NCBI GenBank assembly: GCA_963743305.1
Contig: CAVUPH010000030.1
Coordinates: 1 to 64,000 of the forward strand
Length of the DNA stretch: 64,000 bases
Reading direction: 5' to 3'
Source: an uncultured delta proteobacterium
Lineage (GTDB): Bacteria; Desulfobacterota; RBG-13-43-22
Shown one piece after another: positions 21,113 through 30,564 of the stretch. The notes under the pieces are model-generated. The model was not told the origin of the DNA, did no database searches, and saw only the letters and a program-made list of their open reading frames with translations. The position numbers and the translations under genes are program-made. Position 1 is the first letter of the stretch, and every line of letters begins with the position of its first letter.

Positions 21113-21525
21113 ATTTTGTTCTCCCCTCTAGCCCGGGATGAGCCACAGGTTCTCTCTAAGGTTTTTATAGCTAAGACTGTCAATGGACAAAAAAGTTAAA
21201 AAACGCCCGACCAAGGCTCGTTGAAGTAAAATTCAAAGAAATATAGATCTACCAATAGCCGTCTGCACTTCACTTAAAAGGAGAAGATCCATGAAAAAGA
21301 ACAACCACGATCTCGTTAAATCCCTGACTCCGACGGATTGAAGAGATGGAGAGGGAAATCGCCGACTATCAAAGGGTCTTCAAGGTTATCCGGGAACTCT
21401 TCAGCAGGGAGATGGATTAAATAGGGGAATGGCTGGGCGTGGTGTTAAAATAATTTTCTCCTCTAAAAAAGGGTTAGCCCCTTCAAGCTAACCCTTCTTT
21501 AGAGGGTGACACTCCGCTTCAAGAA

Positions 21526-21981
21526 TTATTTTTCCACCGGATAGCCGGCCTGGACCCATTCATGGAACTGCGCATTCATCAACACGGCATTCTTATAGCC
21601 GAGATCGTTCAGCGTCTTGGTAGCCAGGGCCGATCGTATGGCCGTTTGACAGTACACATAGATCTTCGCGTTTTGATCAGGGACTTTGTCCCAGATCTTA
21701 AACTCCAAGGTCCCCCGGGAAACGTTAATAGCCCCGGGAAGATGACCGGAGGCAAACTCCCAGGGATCCCGGACATCCAGGAATACGGCCTGCTCCTTCT
21801 TATCCAGGACCTCTTTCACTTCCGCGGCCGTGACCATCCTGATTGCCGCCTTGGCCTTTTCCACCATTTCCAGCACAACCGGCGGGGGCCCCGCGGATTG
21901 GACGACCTGAGTCCAGGTTAGACTCAGTAGTGAGCCGGCCAGGAGTAACGACACCGGGAAAAAGGATTTCATCCGTTTCAT
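21526..21981 (-). CDS. Rhodanese-like domain protein, secreted
   Basis: LDVRDPWEFASGHLPGAINV, VYCQTAIRSALA. Confidence 0.92.
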   Translation of the reverse strand: MKRMKSFFPVSLLLAGSLLSLTWTQVVQSAGPPPVVLEMVEKAKAAIRMVTAAEVKEVLDKKEQAVFLDVRDPWEFASGHLPGAINVSRGTLEFKIWDKVPDQNAKIYVYCQTAIRSALATKTLNDLGYKNAVLMNAQFHEWVQAGYPVEK

Positions 21982-22021
21982 TCTCTTCTACCTCCTTCTT
22001 TTCAAGGGTTGCTTTTTAACT

Positions 22022-22160
22022 GGTTGTCCGCCCTTTGGGGTGGACGGCCAAAACATAGGGTACCTTAGTCAAAAATCGAAGCTCCGTGGCCGCCAGGTCT
22101 CGGCGGCCATACCCGATATGGAGGCTATCTACCCAAAAGGGCGAAGCGTCCTATAACTAG
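22022..22160. repeat. Repeat family B, long copy
   Basis: ggttgtccgccctttggggt...acccaaaagggcgaagcgtcctataac with an internal ggccgcc/ggcggcc hairpin. Confidence 0.7.
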
Positions 22161-22166
22161 ATATCC

Positions 22167-23426
22167 CTACGCCTTTTGGCAAGCATAGTTGCTCCATTCC
22201 TGAATCAGAGGCCCCAGCTTCCCATCCTGGATCGCTGAACGAATTTGCCCCATCAGGATTTCCATGAATTGCAGGTTGTGCCGGACGGCGAGGTGCATCC
22301 CCAGTGGTTCCCCAGCCATAAAAAGATGCCGGAGGTAGGCCCGGGAATAGCCCCGGCAGGTTGCACAGGGGCAGTCCTCCTCGATGGGCCGAAGGTCTGT
22401 CCGAAAAGTTTCATTCCGGATCCGGAGGCGAAAGCGCTTTTCCCGTTTAGCCAGCAGCGTGCCGGTCAGGGCCAGACGGGTGGGTGCAGCGCAGTCCAGG
22501 AGGTCGATCCCCTGTTCGACCGCCTTCAAAACGTCCTCCACCCAGCCGATGCCCAGGAGGTGTCGGGGTTTGAGTTCCGGCAGAGAGGGGATAGTCCACT
22601 CCAAGACCTGTGCCATGCGGGCCCGGGATTGGCCCAGGTAACCGCCAATAGCCAGGCCGTCAAAGACTTGACCGGCAATAAACCGGGCGCTCTCCCGCCG
22701 CAGGTCTTCGAAGTCTCCCCCCTGAATAATGCCGAAGAGGGCCTGCCCCCCGACCGGGCGCCGCTGAAAGGCGACCAGGGACCGCAGTGCCCAGCGGTGA
22801 GTGCGCTCCAGGGCGGCCCGAGTTTCTCCGTATGAATAGAGCGGAGAGGTGCATTCGTCCAGGGGCATGATCAGATCGGCCCCCAAGTCCAGGCCGCTCT
22901 CCACCACCCCTTCGGGGGTGAAGCGATGCCGGGACCCATCCCGATAGGAAATAAACTCGGCCCCGTCCTCATCCAGCCGCACCAAAGATCTGGCCTTTAC
23001 CGCCGGAGGGTGTCGGCCCCGGTCCCCTTCCCCGGTAAATTCGGAGACCACCTTGCTCAAACCGTGTTTCCGGCCGGCGCCCAAGCTGAAGATTTGAAAG
23101 CCGCCGGAGTCGATCATGATCGGCCCCTTCCAGCCCATAAATTGTTGGAGCCCGCCGGCGGCCTGGATCACCTCTTCCCCGGGTTGCAAGTGCAAGTGAA
23201 AGGCGTTGGTGATGAGGACCTGGGAGCCGACGGCCTTCAGATCCTCAGCGGAAAGACCGGAGATGGCGGCCCGGGTGGCCACCGGGACAAAAGCCGGCGT
23301 CTCGATAACGCCGTGAGGCGTGGAAAGACGCCCGGCCCGGGCCCGCCGGTCCCGGGCCGCTATTTCGAAGGAAAAGACCCCCGCCTTCGTCGGGGTGGAC
23401 CTTTCGGCGAGATCATCAGGCTTCAT
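22167..23426 (-). CDS. tgt: Queuine tRNA-ribosyltransferase
   Basis: TPHGVIETPAFVPVAT, DSGGFQIFSL, LDEC, KPRHLLGIG, C.C..C...H zinc site. Confidence 0.93.
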   Translation of the reverse strand: MKPDDLAERSTPTKAGVFSFEIAARDRRARAGRLSTPHGVIETPAFVPVATRAAISGLSAEDLKAVGSQVLITNAFHLHLQPGEEVIQAAGGLQQFMGWKGPIMIDSGGFQIFSLGAGRKHGLSKVVSEFTGEGDRGRHPPAVKARSLVRLDEDGAEFISYRDGSRHRFTPEGVVESGLDLGADLIMPLDECTSPLYSYGETRAALERTHRWALRSLVAFQRRPVGGQALFGIIQGGDFEDLRRESARFIAGQVFDGLAIGGYLGQSRARMAQVLEWTIPSLPELKPRHLLGIGWVEDVLKAVEQGIDLLDCAAPTRLALTGTLLAKREKRFRLRIRNETFRTDLRPIEEDCPCATCRGYSRAYLRHLFMAGEPLGMHLAVRHNLQFMEILMGQIRSAIQDGKLGPLIQEWSNYACQKA

Positions 23427-23733
23427 CCCTGATGATCTCACCGCTCAGGTTATCCACGATCACCGGGGTTTCGAAATAGGTTACGGTCGGCTCCGACCCG
23501 TATTTTTCAAGAATAAACTTTTTCCAATCCTCCGTATACAGCCGTTCCGCGGACTCCCGGGAATTCCACAAATAAACGCCTCCTCCCGTCCCTCCGTCGG
23601 CTGAAAGAATATAGTATTTTCGAATAAGCCCGTCGACCTCCCGGTACTTCGGGGCCGTACCTAAAAAAATCTCCCGGGCTTGAGCGAGGGTAATTGGCTT
23701 TGGCAGCTTAAATTGAATCAGAGCAGTAATCAT
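23416..23733 (-). CDS. YdhR-family putative monooxygenase
   Basis: GLIRKYY, GGGVYLW, PVIVDN. Confidence 0.8.
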   Translation of the reverse strand: MITALIQFKLPKPITLAQAREIFLGTAPKYREVDGLIRKYYILSADGGTGGGVYLWNSRESAERLYTEDWKKFILEKYGSEPTVTYFETPVIVDNLSGEIIRDEA

Positions 23734-23829
23734 GTTTATTCTCCTTTCTATTTAATAGGATCATAGCCCATTGCCGAACAAAATGCACTTATTACCAAGG
23801 GCCCGCTCATCTGGCACCATAGAATTTTT

Positions 23830-23982
23830 TGACGCTTCTCCCTTTTGGGTGGGTACCCCGAAGCATGAAAATAACAGGCCCGATGGTCATTCCGAGGTTA
23901 GATGCGACGAAGCAATCTCCCTGTTGGCTTATAACGCTCCCTCAACTCAATCGGGGGATTGCTTCGCTCCGCTCGCAATGAC
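23830..23982. repeat. Cluster of repeat ends: family B end, CCCCGAAGCATGAAAAT motif, and inner family A palindrome (23886-23982)
   Basis: gacgcttctccttttgggt; gtcattccgag...gaagcaatctc...ggggattgcttc...gcaatgac. Confidence 0.7.
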
Positions 23983-24094
23983 AGAGGCACCTGACGATTC
24001 TCTTTTCGTATTGATGGGGAGGTGGGGGAAGGCCTATGGGCCTTCCCCCGAGGAGGAGGAATGAGCTGAAGCGGTCGGACCTGCCGGGCAAGAA

Positions 24095-24307
24095 TTAGTA
24101 GAGAGAACCCTCTTTCATTCGTTGGGTAACCTGGGAACGCTTTCTCGAAACTTCTTCGAAGCGGCCCAAGGTGGTCTTCCGGAAAAGGGAGCGCATTTCA
24201 TCTCTAACTTTCCGGTAACAGGATAGACAAATTCCGTGGGATATTTCATCTTTTCCCGGAACTCGACTGATCTCCTGGTTGCACCAGGAACAACTTACGA
24301 CAAACAC
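24095..24307 (-). CDS. Small CxxC/HxxCxxC putative zinc-finger protein
   Basis: VVSCSWC...ISHGICLSC; upstream sigma54 promoter. Confidence 0.65.
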   Translation of the reverse strand: MFVVSCSWCNQEISRVPGKDEISHGICLSCYRKVRDEMRSLFRKTTLGRFEEVSRKRSQVTQRMKEGSLY

Positions 24308-24386
24308 CGGACACCATCCTTTCTTCCTTGTTCGAAAACAATAAATCTAAAAGGTGGACCATTTCCTTTCCTTAGCGTTATTTAGA

Positions 24387-24402
24387 AGCAATAAAGATGC
24401 CA
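24387..24402 (-). promoter_or_regulatory. Sigma54 (-24/-12) promoter
   Basis: Minus strand TGGCATCTTTATTGCT = GG-N10-GC, near consensus. Confidence 0.75.
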
Positions 24403-24646
24403 GATAGCCCGGAATAACTTGCAAAAGTGTAACTACCTGAAATAAAATAAATAAAATAAATTGGACGGGGCCTGCCCTTCTTTTTGGAGCCGGACTGGAA
24501 GGGCAAGGCCTTCATCTAAAACCGCCATACTGTATGGATTTGAATATGGGCGCCTGTCACGAAAATAACGATATCCGGCAGGGCAAGGAAAGAATAGAGA
24601 TTTTTTATTGCTGGAGTTTTCTATGCTTTCTTGTTACTAGAAAGGC

Positions 24647-25063
24647 ATGAAACTGCCTCAAGACCTGCTGGATCAATTCAACCGCAACTCCCTTTATACC
24701 ACCATCGGGCTGCGGCTCAAAAAGGCCGAAGAGGGGAGAGCGGAATCCGTTCTGACCCCCGACCCCAAGGTTTGCTGGCCTTTCCCGACGCAACCCCATG
24801 GCGGGATACTGTTCACCATCATGGACACCACCATGGCCTGGGCCATTCAGTCCCTCCTGGACCAAGGTTTAAGTTGCACCACGATCGATCTGCACATCCA
24901 ATACCTGGCCCCGGCCAAGGAAAGTCCCTATACCTGTCTGGCCGAGACGACCCGCCAGAGCCGCCACCTGGCCTTTGTCCGAGCTGAAATTCGGGACGCC
25001 CGCCAGCGGCCGATCGCCTCCGGTCAGGCCACCTTTCGAATTATAAAGATGGAACTGGTTTGA
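24647..25063 (+). CDS. PaaI family thioesterase
   Basis: HGGILFTIMD, TTIDLHIQYLAP. Confidence 0.9.
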   Translation: MKLPQDLLDQFNRNSLYTTIGLRLKKAEEGRAESVLTPDPKVCWPFPTQPHGGILFTIMDTTMAWAIQSLLDQGLSCTTIDLHIQYLAPAKESPYTCLAETTRQSRHLAFVRAEIRDARQRPIASGQATFRIIKMELV

Positions 25064-25146
25064 GGATTTGGTATTAAGGGCGTTGGCCGGATCTTCCCTG
25101 ATTTCCGCACCGGGTTCCGCCGATCGTCTCCACAAAACCCCTTTCC

Positions 25147-26043
25147 TCAGTCGCACTTCTGTTCTTCTTTACAGACGCCCTCGTCGCTGAAAGGACTTGG
25201 AATTGGATGCGGTACGCCCGGAGGAGGAAGAGAAAACAGCGCTCCGGAATCTCCGGATTTTAGGTTCGGTTCCTTTTTTGAGGCAGGGAAGCCCGACTCA
25301 GAAGGAGTGGGCGTCCCTGATGATTGACAGGCGGCGAGATAGCGGCGGATGGACTCCTTTCCGGTCAGCAGGAGTTTTTCGTACCGCCCGTTCACAAAGA
25401 GCGTGGGCACGCTGTCTACGCCCAGGGTCTTAAGGGTCGACGCGTATTCCTTGACCAGCACCGGAGTAATATCGAGATGGCCCTTATCGATCTCTTCCTT
25501 GATCTCCCTGCAATGCGGGCATTCCGTACTGTAGAACAGAATCATTTTTTGGCCGGAGGGCAGCGTCTTGCCTGGCGGCGGGAGGACGAACCCGACAAAA
25601 CACAGGACCACCGCGAAGGCGGCGAAACCCGCCGCCGCCTCTTTCCATCCCGCAAACAGCCGCAGGAGGCCGAGGCAAACAAAAATGCCGAACACGCTCA
25701 AGCAGAGCAGGCATACCTCCATAAGCCAAAACACCTGGTAGCCGACGAAAAATCCCTCGGCGGCCAGGGCCGCGATGAGGGCGAGGTTGATCGCCGAGTC
25801 GAGCGGCCCGCTCCGCCGCCTCCGGTTCAAACCCGACAATAGCGCCAGGAAGGCCATCGCCATAAACCCGATGAGGATTATCGAGAGATCGCCGAAACGG
25901 GCGAACTGGGCCACGAGACCGCATCCGCCGGAGACACAGATGCTCCTTCCGAAGACCTGCAGCCCTGCCTCCACCAATAGAAATAGTGCGCCCAGGACGC
26001 TGACAATAACAAAGGCTGTCATACTCCATTGTCTTTCTCGCAT
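25147..26043 (-). CDS. VKOR-like membrane protein fused to a thioredoxin/glutaredoxin domain
   Basis: C....GC..V, TM CLLC, then FYSTECPHC...SVPTL. Confidence 0.75.
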   Translation of the reverse strand: MRERQWSMTAFVIVSVLGALFLLVEAGLQVFGRSICVSGGCGLVAQFARFGDLSIILIGFMAMAFLALLSGLNRRRRSGPLDSAINLALIAALAAEGFFVGYQVFWLMEVCLLCLSVFGIFVCLGLLRLFAGWKEAAAGFAAFAVVLCFVGFVLPPPGKTLPSGQKMILFYSTECPHCREIKEEIDKGHLDITPVLVKEYASTLKTLGVDSVPTLFVNGRYEKLLLTGKESIRRYLAACQSSGTPTPSESGFPASKKEPNLKSGDSGALFSLPPPGVPHPIPSPFSDEGVCKEEQKCD

Positions 26044-26082
26044 GCGTGCTTTCCTTCTTCGGATTCCTCAGGGTCGGAATGT

Positions 26083-26961
26083 TCAGGCTTTTTTTAGATC
26101 TCGGACCGGGTTTACCAAGGTTTCAAAGCCGTCGATCCGGCACTCCACCCGGTCGCCGTCCTGAATCACCGCCGCCCCCGGGGTACCGGTGGAGATGATG
26201 TCCCCGGGGAGGAGGGTCATGACCTCGGAGTGAAAAGCAACCAGCAAATCAGGAGGAAAAGTCATATTGGCCACCCGGTCGCCGGCCATGACTTGCCCGT
26301 TCAAGACCGTGGAGACGTTCAAATCCCGGACCTCGGTAATTTCATCGGGAGTCAACAGGATCGGACCGAAACTGAAGAAAGTATCGAAACTCTTAGACCG
26401 GGTCAGATAGCGGGGATTGCGGCGCAAAATATCCTCGGCCGTCAGGTCGATGACGGCGGTAAATCCGGCCACCACCGAAAGCCAGTGCTCCCGGGCCACG
26501 TTTTTACAGGCCCGGCCGATGACAATTCCCAGTTCCGCCTCGGCGGTGGTCCGTTCCGACTTCCGGGGGATAAGGATAGTGTCCCCGTGTCCAATAATCG
26601 TGGTATCCGGTTTCATGAAACTGGCCGGTTCGGTCTCCGGGGCCTTTTCCGATAAGTCTCGGGCGTGGGCCTGGTAGTTCAACCCGATGCCCCAGATTTT
26701 CCGGGGGCGGCGGTACAGGGGGGCGAAGGAAATCTCCTTTTCGGGGATTAGGAATTTCTTGAGACCCGCAAGCTCTTTCTCTCCACCGGCCTGATACCAG
26801 TCACGGATCTTTTCCAGCGCTCCCGTTTCAATCAAACCCAACAGGTCAGGGGGATATTTCCAACCGAAATGCTGGTTCAGGAACTCCAAGGATAGGATTC
26901 CACCCGGGACCATTATTCCGGCTTTTTCTTTGCCTTGGTATCTCAACGAGGCCAGTTTCAT
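26083..26961 (-). CDS. Fumarylacetoacetate hydrolase family protein
   Basis: KIWGIGLNY, EAELGIVIG, SKSFDTF, TLLPGDIISTGTPG. Confidence 0.93.
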   Translation of the reverse strand: MKLASLRYQGKEKAGIMVPGGILSLEFLNQHFGWKYPPDLLGLIETGALEKIRDWYQAGGEKELAGLKKFLIPEKEISFAPLYRRPRKIWGIGLNYQAHARDLSEKAPETEPASFMKPDTTIIGHGDTILIPRKSERTTAEAELGIVIGRACKNVAREHWLSVVAGFTAVIDLTAEDILRRNPRYLTRSKSFDTFFSFGPILLTPDEITEVRDLNVSTVLNGQVMAGDRVANMTFPPDLLVAFHSEVMTLLPGDIISTGTPGAAVIQDGDRVECRIDGFETLVNPVRDLKKA

Positions 26962-27344
26962 AGCACAAAAGACCGATCCGTGCTCAAGTGACTCGGGGAG
27001 CAGATAAATAGAGCGCACAAGCGGGTGGTGCCGGTGTTCACCAGTTGGTGGACCTTTTTTTCTGGTATGGAAAAACAATCTCCCTTCTCCACCGGAAATT
27101 CAGATTCCCAGAAGACCCCATCCGTCCCTTCCGGTTTTCCGATCTTCATCAAGCCTCGGCCTTCCAGGATTTGGTAAATCTCGACCCCCTTGCCATGGTA
27201 GTGGGGTTTGACCCATTTCCCTTCGGCGATTTCGGCCACAAAAACGGAGATGGCGTCGTCCCCGGTCAACTTGTCGACCTTGATGCCGGCTTTTTCGTCC
27301 GGGGTTACCTTTTCCAGTTCCCTATAAATGTTCTTGATCTCCAT
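26958..27344 (-). CDS. Cupin domain protein
   Basis: PHYH...EIYQILEGRG, GDCFSIP..VHQLVN. Confidence 0.88.
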   Translation of the reverse strand: MEIKNIYRELEKVTPDEKAGIKVDKLTGDDAISVFVAEIAEGKWVKPHYHGKGVEIYQILEGRGLMKIGKPEGTDGVFWESEFPVEKGDCFSIPEKKVHQLVNTGTTRLCALFICSPSHLSTDRSFVL

Positions 27345-27783
27345 GGTTCTCCTCCTGCTGATTTCACTTTTGGATTGACTTATGGAAGAAGATTCGTCCA
27401 ACCTGCTCGCAGGTAGTCCGATTATAAATAGCATATCTATGGGAGTTCAAAGTATTTTTTTTGGACCACCTCTTGGTGGCCGTGCCAAAGACTTAAAGAC
27501 GACTTTCTACTCGGCGGGTGATCCCGCCTTCAGGGGGACTCCCTCCCCCTCCCTTTGAAGTGAATTCAAAAGGTCCTCCCCTGCCTCAGACCGGGGCTTA
27601 ACCCCGCTTTCGGGGGGGGGGCGGACTTCTGACAAGTCCATCACCCTTGTCCATTATAAATCACAGGAACGCCGGGCTGGTTGTCATAACTAATTGATTT
27701 TATATGAATTGCATTGTAAAATGCTTCCATTGACCAATAGTATCGGCACCGAACCCCTCGGGAGGGGGCTGAAAGGAATCTTT

Positions 27784-29277
27784 GTGAATCTTCTCTTTGC
27801 CGGCCTCAATACCCTTAGACTGGCCGGTCAATTCCAACTTCCTTTGCATCTTTACGACAGCCGGGAGATTTCAGCGAACATCCTTGCCTTTAAACGGGTA
27901 TTCAAGGAAACCGGTTTGGTCGGTGAAGTCCGCTATGCCGTCAAGGCCTGCGGATTTCCGGAAATCATCAGGATTGCGGCCAAGACCGGAGCCGGAGCGG
28001 ATGTGGCCTCGGAGTATGAACTGGCGACGGCCCTGGAGGCCGGCATTCCTCCGGGGAAGCTGGTCATTCACGGCAACGCCAAGAGCGATGCCTATCTGGA
28101 ACAGTCGGTGGCCCTGGAGGCCCTGATCGCGGCCAACCATCATACGGAATTCGACCGGATCGAGGCCGCGGCCGGAAAACAGCGGATAAAAGCGCGGGTG
28201 CTGCTTCGTTTATCCGGTTTTGATTTGGGACCGGTAACAGCTTCGGGGATTTTCACTGCCGGGATCTGGTGCAAGTTCGGGGAACCTGTGGCCCAGGTCC
28301 CCGCATTATTAAAGGTCCTCGGAAAATGGCCCCACATCAATCTGGTCGGTTTCCATGTTCACATCGGGTCCCAGATCACGGAGGTAGAACCGTTCCGGGC
28401 CGTGTTCAAGGTGATGGCCGAGTTGGCTGTCTGGTATCGGGAGGCCTTCGGACGGCCGGTGGAGGTAATCGATTTGGGTGGAGGTTTTCCGCTTTCGTAC
28501 GTGAACCGCAGGAGGTGGAAAGATCTCCTAAAAAATATTCAGCGAGAGACTCGGGGATTCCGCCCTCACCCCGATCCTCCCCCTTCAAGGGGGAGGGAGA
28601 TCAGTGGGAGCGTGGCTCCCCCTGAATTATCAAACCGGAACCAATTCTCGACCTGGGAAGGGATGACGGGCGGATTCAGACCGGATCCCGTAACCGGCAC
28701 AATCAACTGGAAGCACTGGCGCGGCGAAAAATTTTTCTCGCTTTATCCAAAAGAAAAAATGCTGGCCCGGCTCCTGGCAGGGGAGGTCCCTTTTCAGGGA
28801 AAAGAAACGCGGGTAAAAAGGGTATTGGAGCGGATCGGCAATCCTTTACTGATCGTCGAACCGGGCCGGGCGATCGTGGGGGACGCTGGGATCACCCTGG
28901 CCCGGGTCGCAGATGTCTACCCGGTGGCCGGAGGGCATCCTCTGGTGATCTTGGACCTGGGGATCGTCAACCACGGAAACGGGCTGGTGGAGCCGGACCT
29001 CTATTCCTGGACCCTGGCCAACGATATCGAACGAAAAGACCGCCGGCCGTTCAAGGCCTTCGTGGCCGGCCGCCTCTGCTTCTCCGGAGACCTGCTTTCC
29101 CGTTACCGGGTTTTCTTCCCACGGAAACCCGTACCCGGCGATATCGCCGTCATCGAAAAAACCGGCGCCTATGCCCCGACATTTTTCGCCTCCCGGGCCA
29201 ATGGCTTCCCCCTCCCGAATTTCTGTCTGATCGGTCCGGATCGACGTGTCCGGCTACTCACCTCTAAAGTCAATTAG
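27784..29277 (+). CDS. PLP-dependent diaminopimelate/ornithine decarboxylase family (LysA-like)
   Basis: YAVKA (PLP lysine), DVASEYE, HGNAKS, KFG, HVHIGSQI, DLGGGF, EPGRAIV, GRLCFSGD, TGAY. Start codon uncertain (27694-27784). Confidence 0.88.
   Translation: MNLLFAGLNTLRLAGQFQLPLHLYDSREISANILAFKRVFKETGLVGEVRYAVKACGFPEIIRIAAKTGAGADVASEYELATALEAGIPPGKLVIHGNAKSDAYLEQSVALEALIAANHHTEFDRIEAAAGKQRIKARVLLRLSGFDLGPVTASGIFTAGIWCKFGEPVAQVPALLKVLGKWPHINLVGFHVHIGSQITEVEPFRAVFKVMAELAVWYREAFGRPVEVIDLGGGFPLSYVNRRRWKDLLKNIQRETRGFRPHPDPPPSRGREISGSVAPPELSNRNQFSTWEGMTGGFRPDPVTGTINWKHWRGEKFFSLYPKEKMLARLLAGEVPFQGKETRVKRVLERIGNPLLIVEPGRAIVGDAGITLARVADVYPVAGGHPLVILDLGIVNHGNGLVEPDLYSWTLANDIERKDRRPFKAFVAGRLCFSGDLLSRYRVFFPRKPVPGDIAVIEKTGAYAPTFFASRANGFPLPNFCLIGPDRRVRLLTSKVN
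28563..28599. repeat. REP palindrome inside the LysA-like coding sequence
   Basis: ccctcaccccgatcctccccct tcaa gggggagggag; encodes PHPDPPPSRGRE. Confidence 0.7.
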
Positions 29278-29304
29278 CAGGCTTCACCGGAAAACTCAGT
29301 ATCC

Positions 29305-30471
29305 TTAGGTGGTCCGTAAGGCCTCGACGATATTGAGGCGGGCGGCGCGGAAAGCGGGCAGGAAGCCGCCGACCAGGCCCATGATCAGGGCGAAGCCGAG
29401 GGTCTCCAGGGCGATGCGGCCGTTGAGGACAAAACTGAAGGCCAGCTCGGAGAAGGTCTGCCAGTTGATGGTGGAGATAGTCACCCACTGCATGGCGGAA
29501 GCGGCCAGCAGCCCCAGGGTCCCTCCCAGGGCCCCGAGAAATAACGCTTCCAGCAGAAAGGCTCCCAGGATACTTTTTCGTCGGAAACCCAGAGCCCGCA
29601 GGGTGCCGATCTCGATGGTTCGGTTGGCCACCGCCGCATACATGGTCACCATGGCGCCGATCATGGCCCCCACCGAGAAGATGATGGTCATGGACAGCCC
29701 CAGAATCCGGATGAAACGGGCCATGATTTCCGACTGGTCGGCGTAAAACTGCGTTTCCCTTTTGGCCGTTACCGTCAGCCGGGGGTCGGATTCAAGGTGT
29801 TTCTTCAGGCTGCCGAAGGAGGCCGGGTCACGCAATTTCAGGATCAGCGAGGAATAGACCGGCCGACGAAAAGTGTTCATGAGCAGATCGGCATCGGCCC
29901 AAATCTCCGAGTCGAAGCCCGTCCGCCCGGCATCAAAGATTCCCACCACCCGCCAATCCCTTAACCCGAATCGGAGGCTCTGGCCCAAACCGGTCCCTTT
30001 GAATCGCTGGGCAATGCTACCTCCGATCAGGATTTCCGGAACGCCGGGCTTGATGAAGCGCCCGGAACTCAGTTTGACCTGGGGACGGAGCCGCAGAGAG
30101 ATATCAGTGATACCCCGGATGGAAACGTTCCCTGTCGCCTTGGTTCCGACTTTGGGCAGGGCGATCAGGACCAGGACTTCGCGGGCTACCAGAGGGTTCC
30201 CTTCGGTATCCCGGGCGATTTCCGGCCGCGTTTCGACGATGGCGGCCTCCGAACGCTGCACGATGCTGACCACTTCGCTGTCGGCCGACCGGCGGACCAC
30301 CACCACGTTGTCCGGGGACCCGGTTTCCACCAGGGTCTTTTTCAATCCCTCGGCCAGCATAAGGACGGCGGCAAAAACGTAGACGACCAGGGCCATACCG
30401 ACGGCCGTGAGAATCGTGGTCAGCTTACGGGTCCAGAGATTGCGGAAGCTGTAACTAAGCGGAATTTTCAT
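29305..30471 (-). CDS. ABC transporter permease (MacB/FtsX-type)
   Basis: RNLWTRKLTT, periplasmic domain, R..EIGTLRALGF, FLPAFRAARL. Confidence 0.92.
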   Translation of the reverse strand: MKIPLSYSFRNLWTRKLTTILTAVGMALVVYVFAAVLMLAEGLKKTLVETGSPDNVVVVRRSADSEVVSIVQRSEAAIVETRPEIARDTEGNPLVAREVLVLIALPKVGTKATGNVSIRGITDISLRLRPQVKLSSGRFIKPGVPEILIGGSIAQRFKGTGLGQSLRFGLRDWRVVGIFDAGRTGFDSEIWADADLLMNTFRRPVYSSLILKLRDPASFGSLKKHLESDPRLTVTAKRETQFYADQSEIMARFIRILGLSMTIIFSVGAMIGAMVTMYAAVANRTIEIGTLRALGFRRKSILGAFLLEALFLGALGGTLGLLAASAMQWVTISTINWQTFSELAFSFVLNGRIALETLGFALIMGLVGGFLPAFRAARLNIVEALRTT

Positions 30472-30564
30472 GTATCGGATTACTGGTCGCCGATTGCAGT
30501 TTGCCTGTTAAACCGTCTTGCACTGGCACCCCGAAGCATGAAAATTCGGAATTGGGTCGCAGGC

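Noticed and set aside
27465-27690. Lysine riboswitch or ncRNA upstream of the LysA-like gene
   Set aside because: No lysine-riboswitch consensus visible; the hairpins are better explained by degenerate MITE ends.
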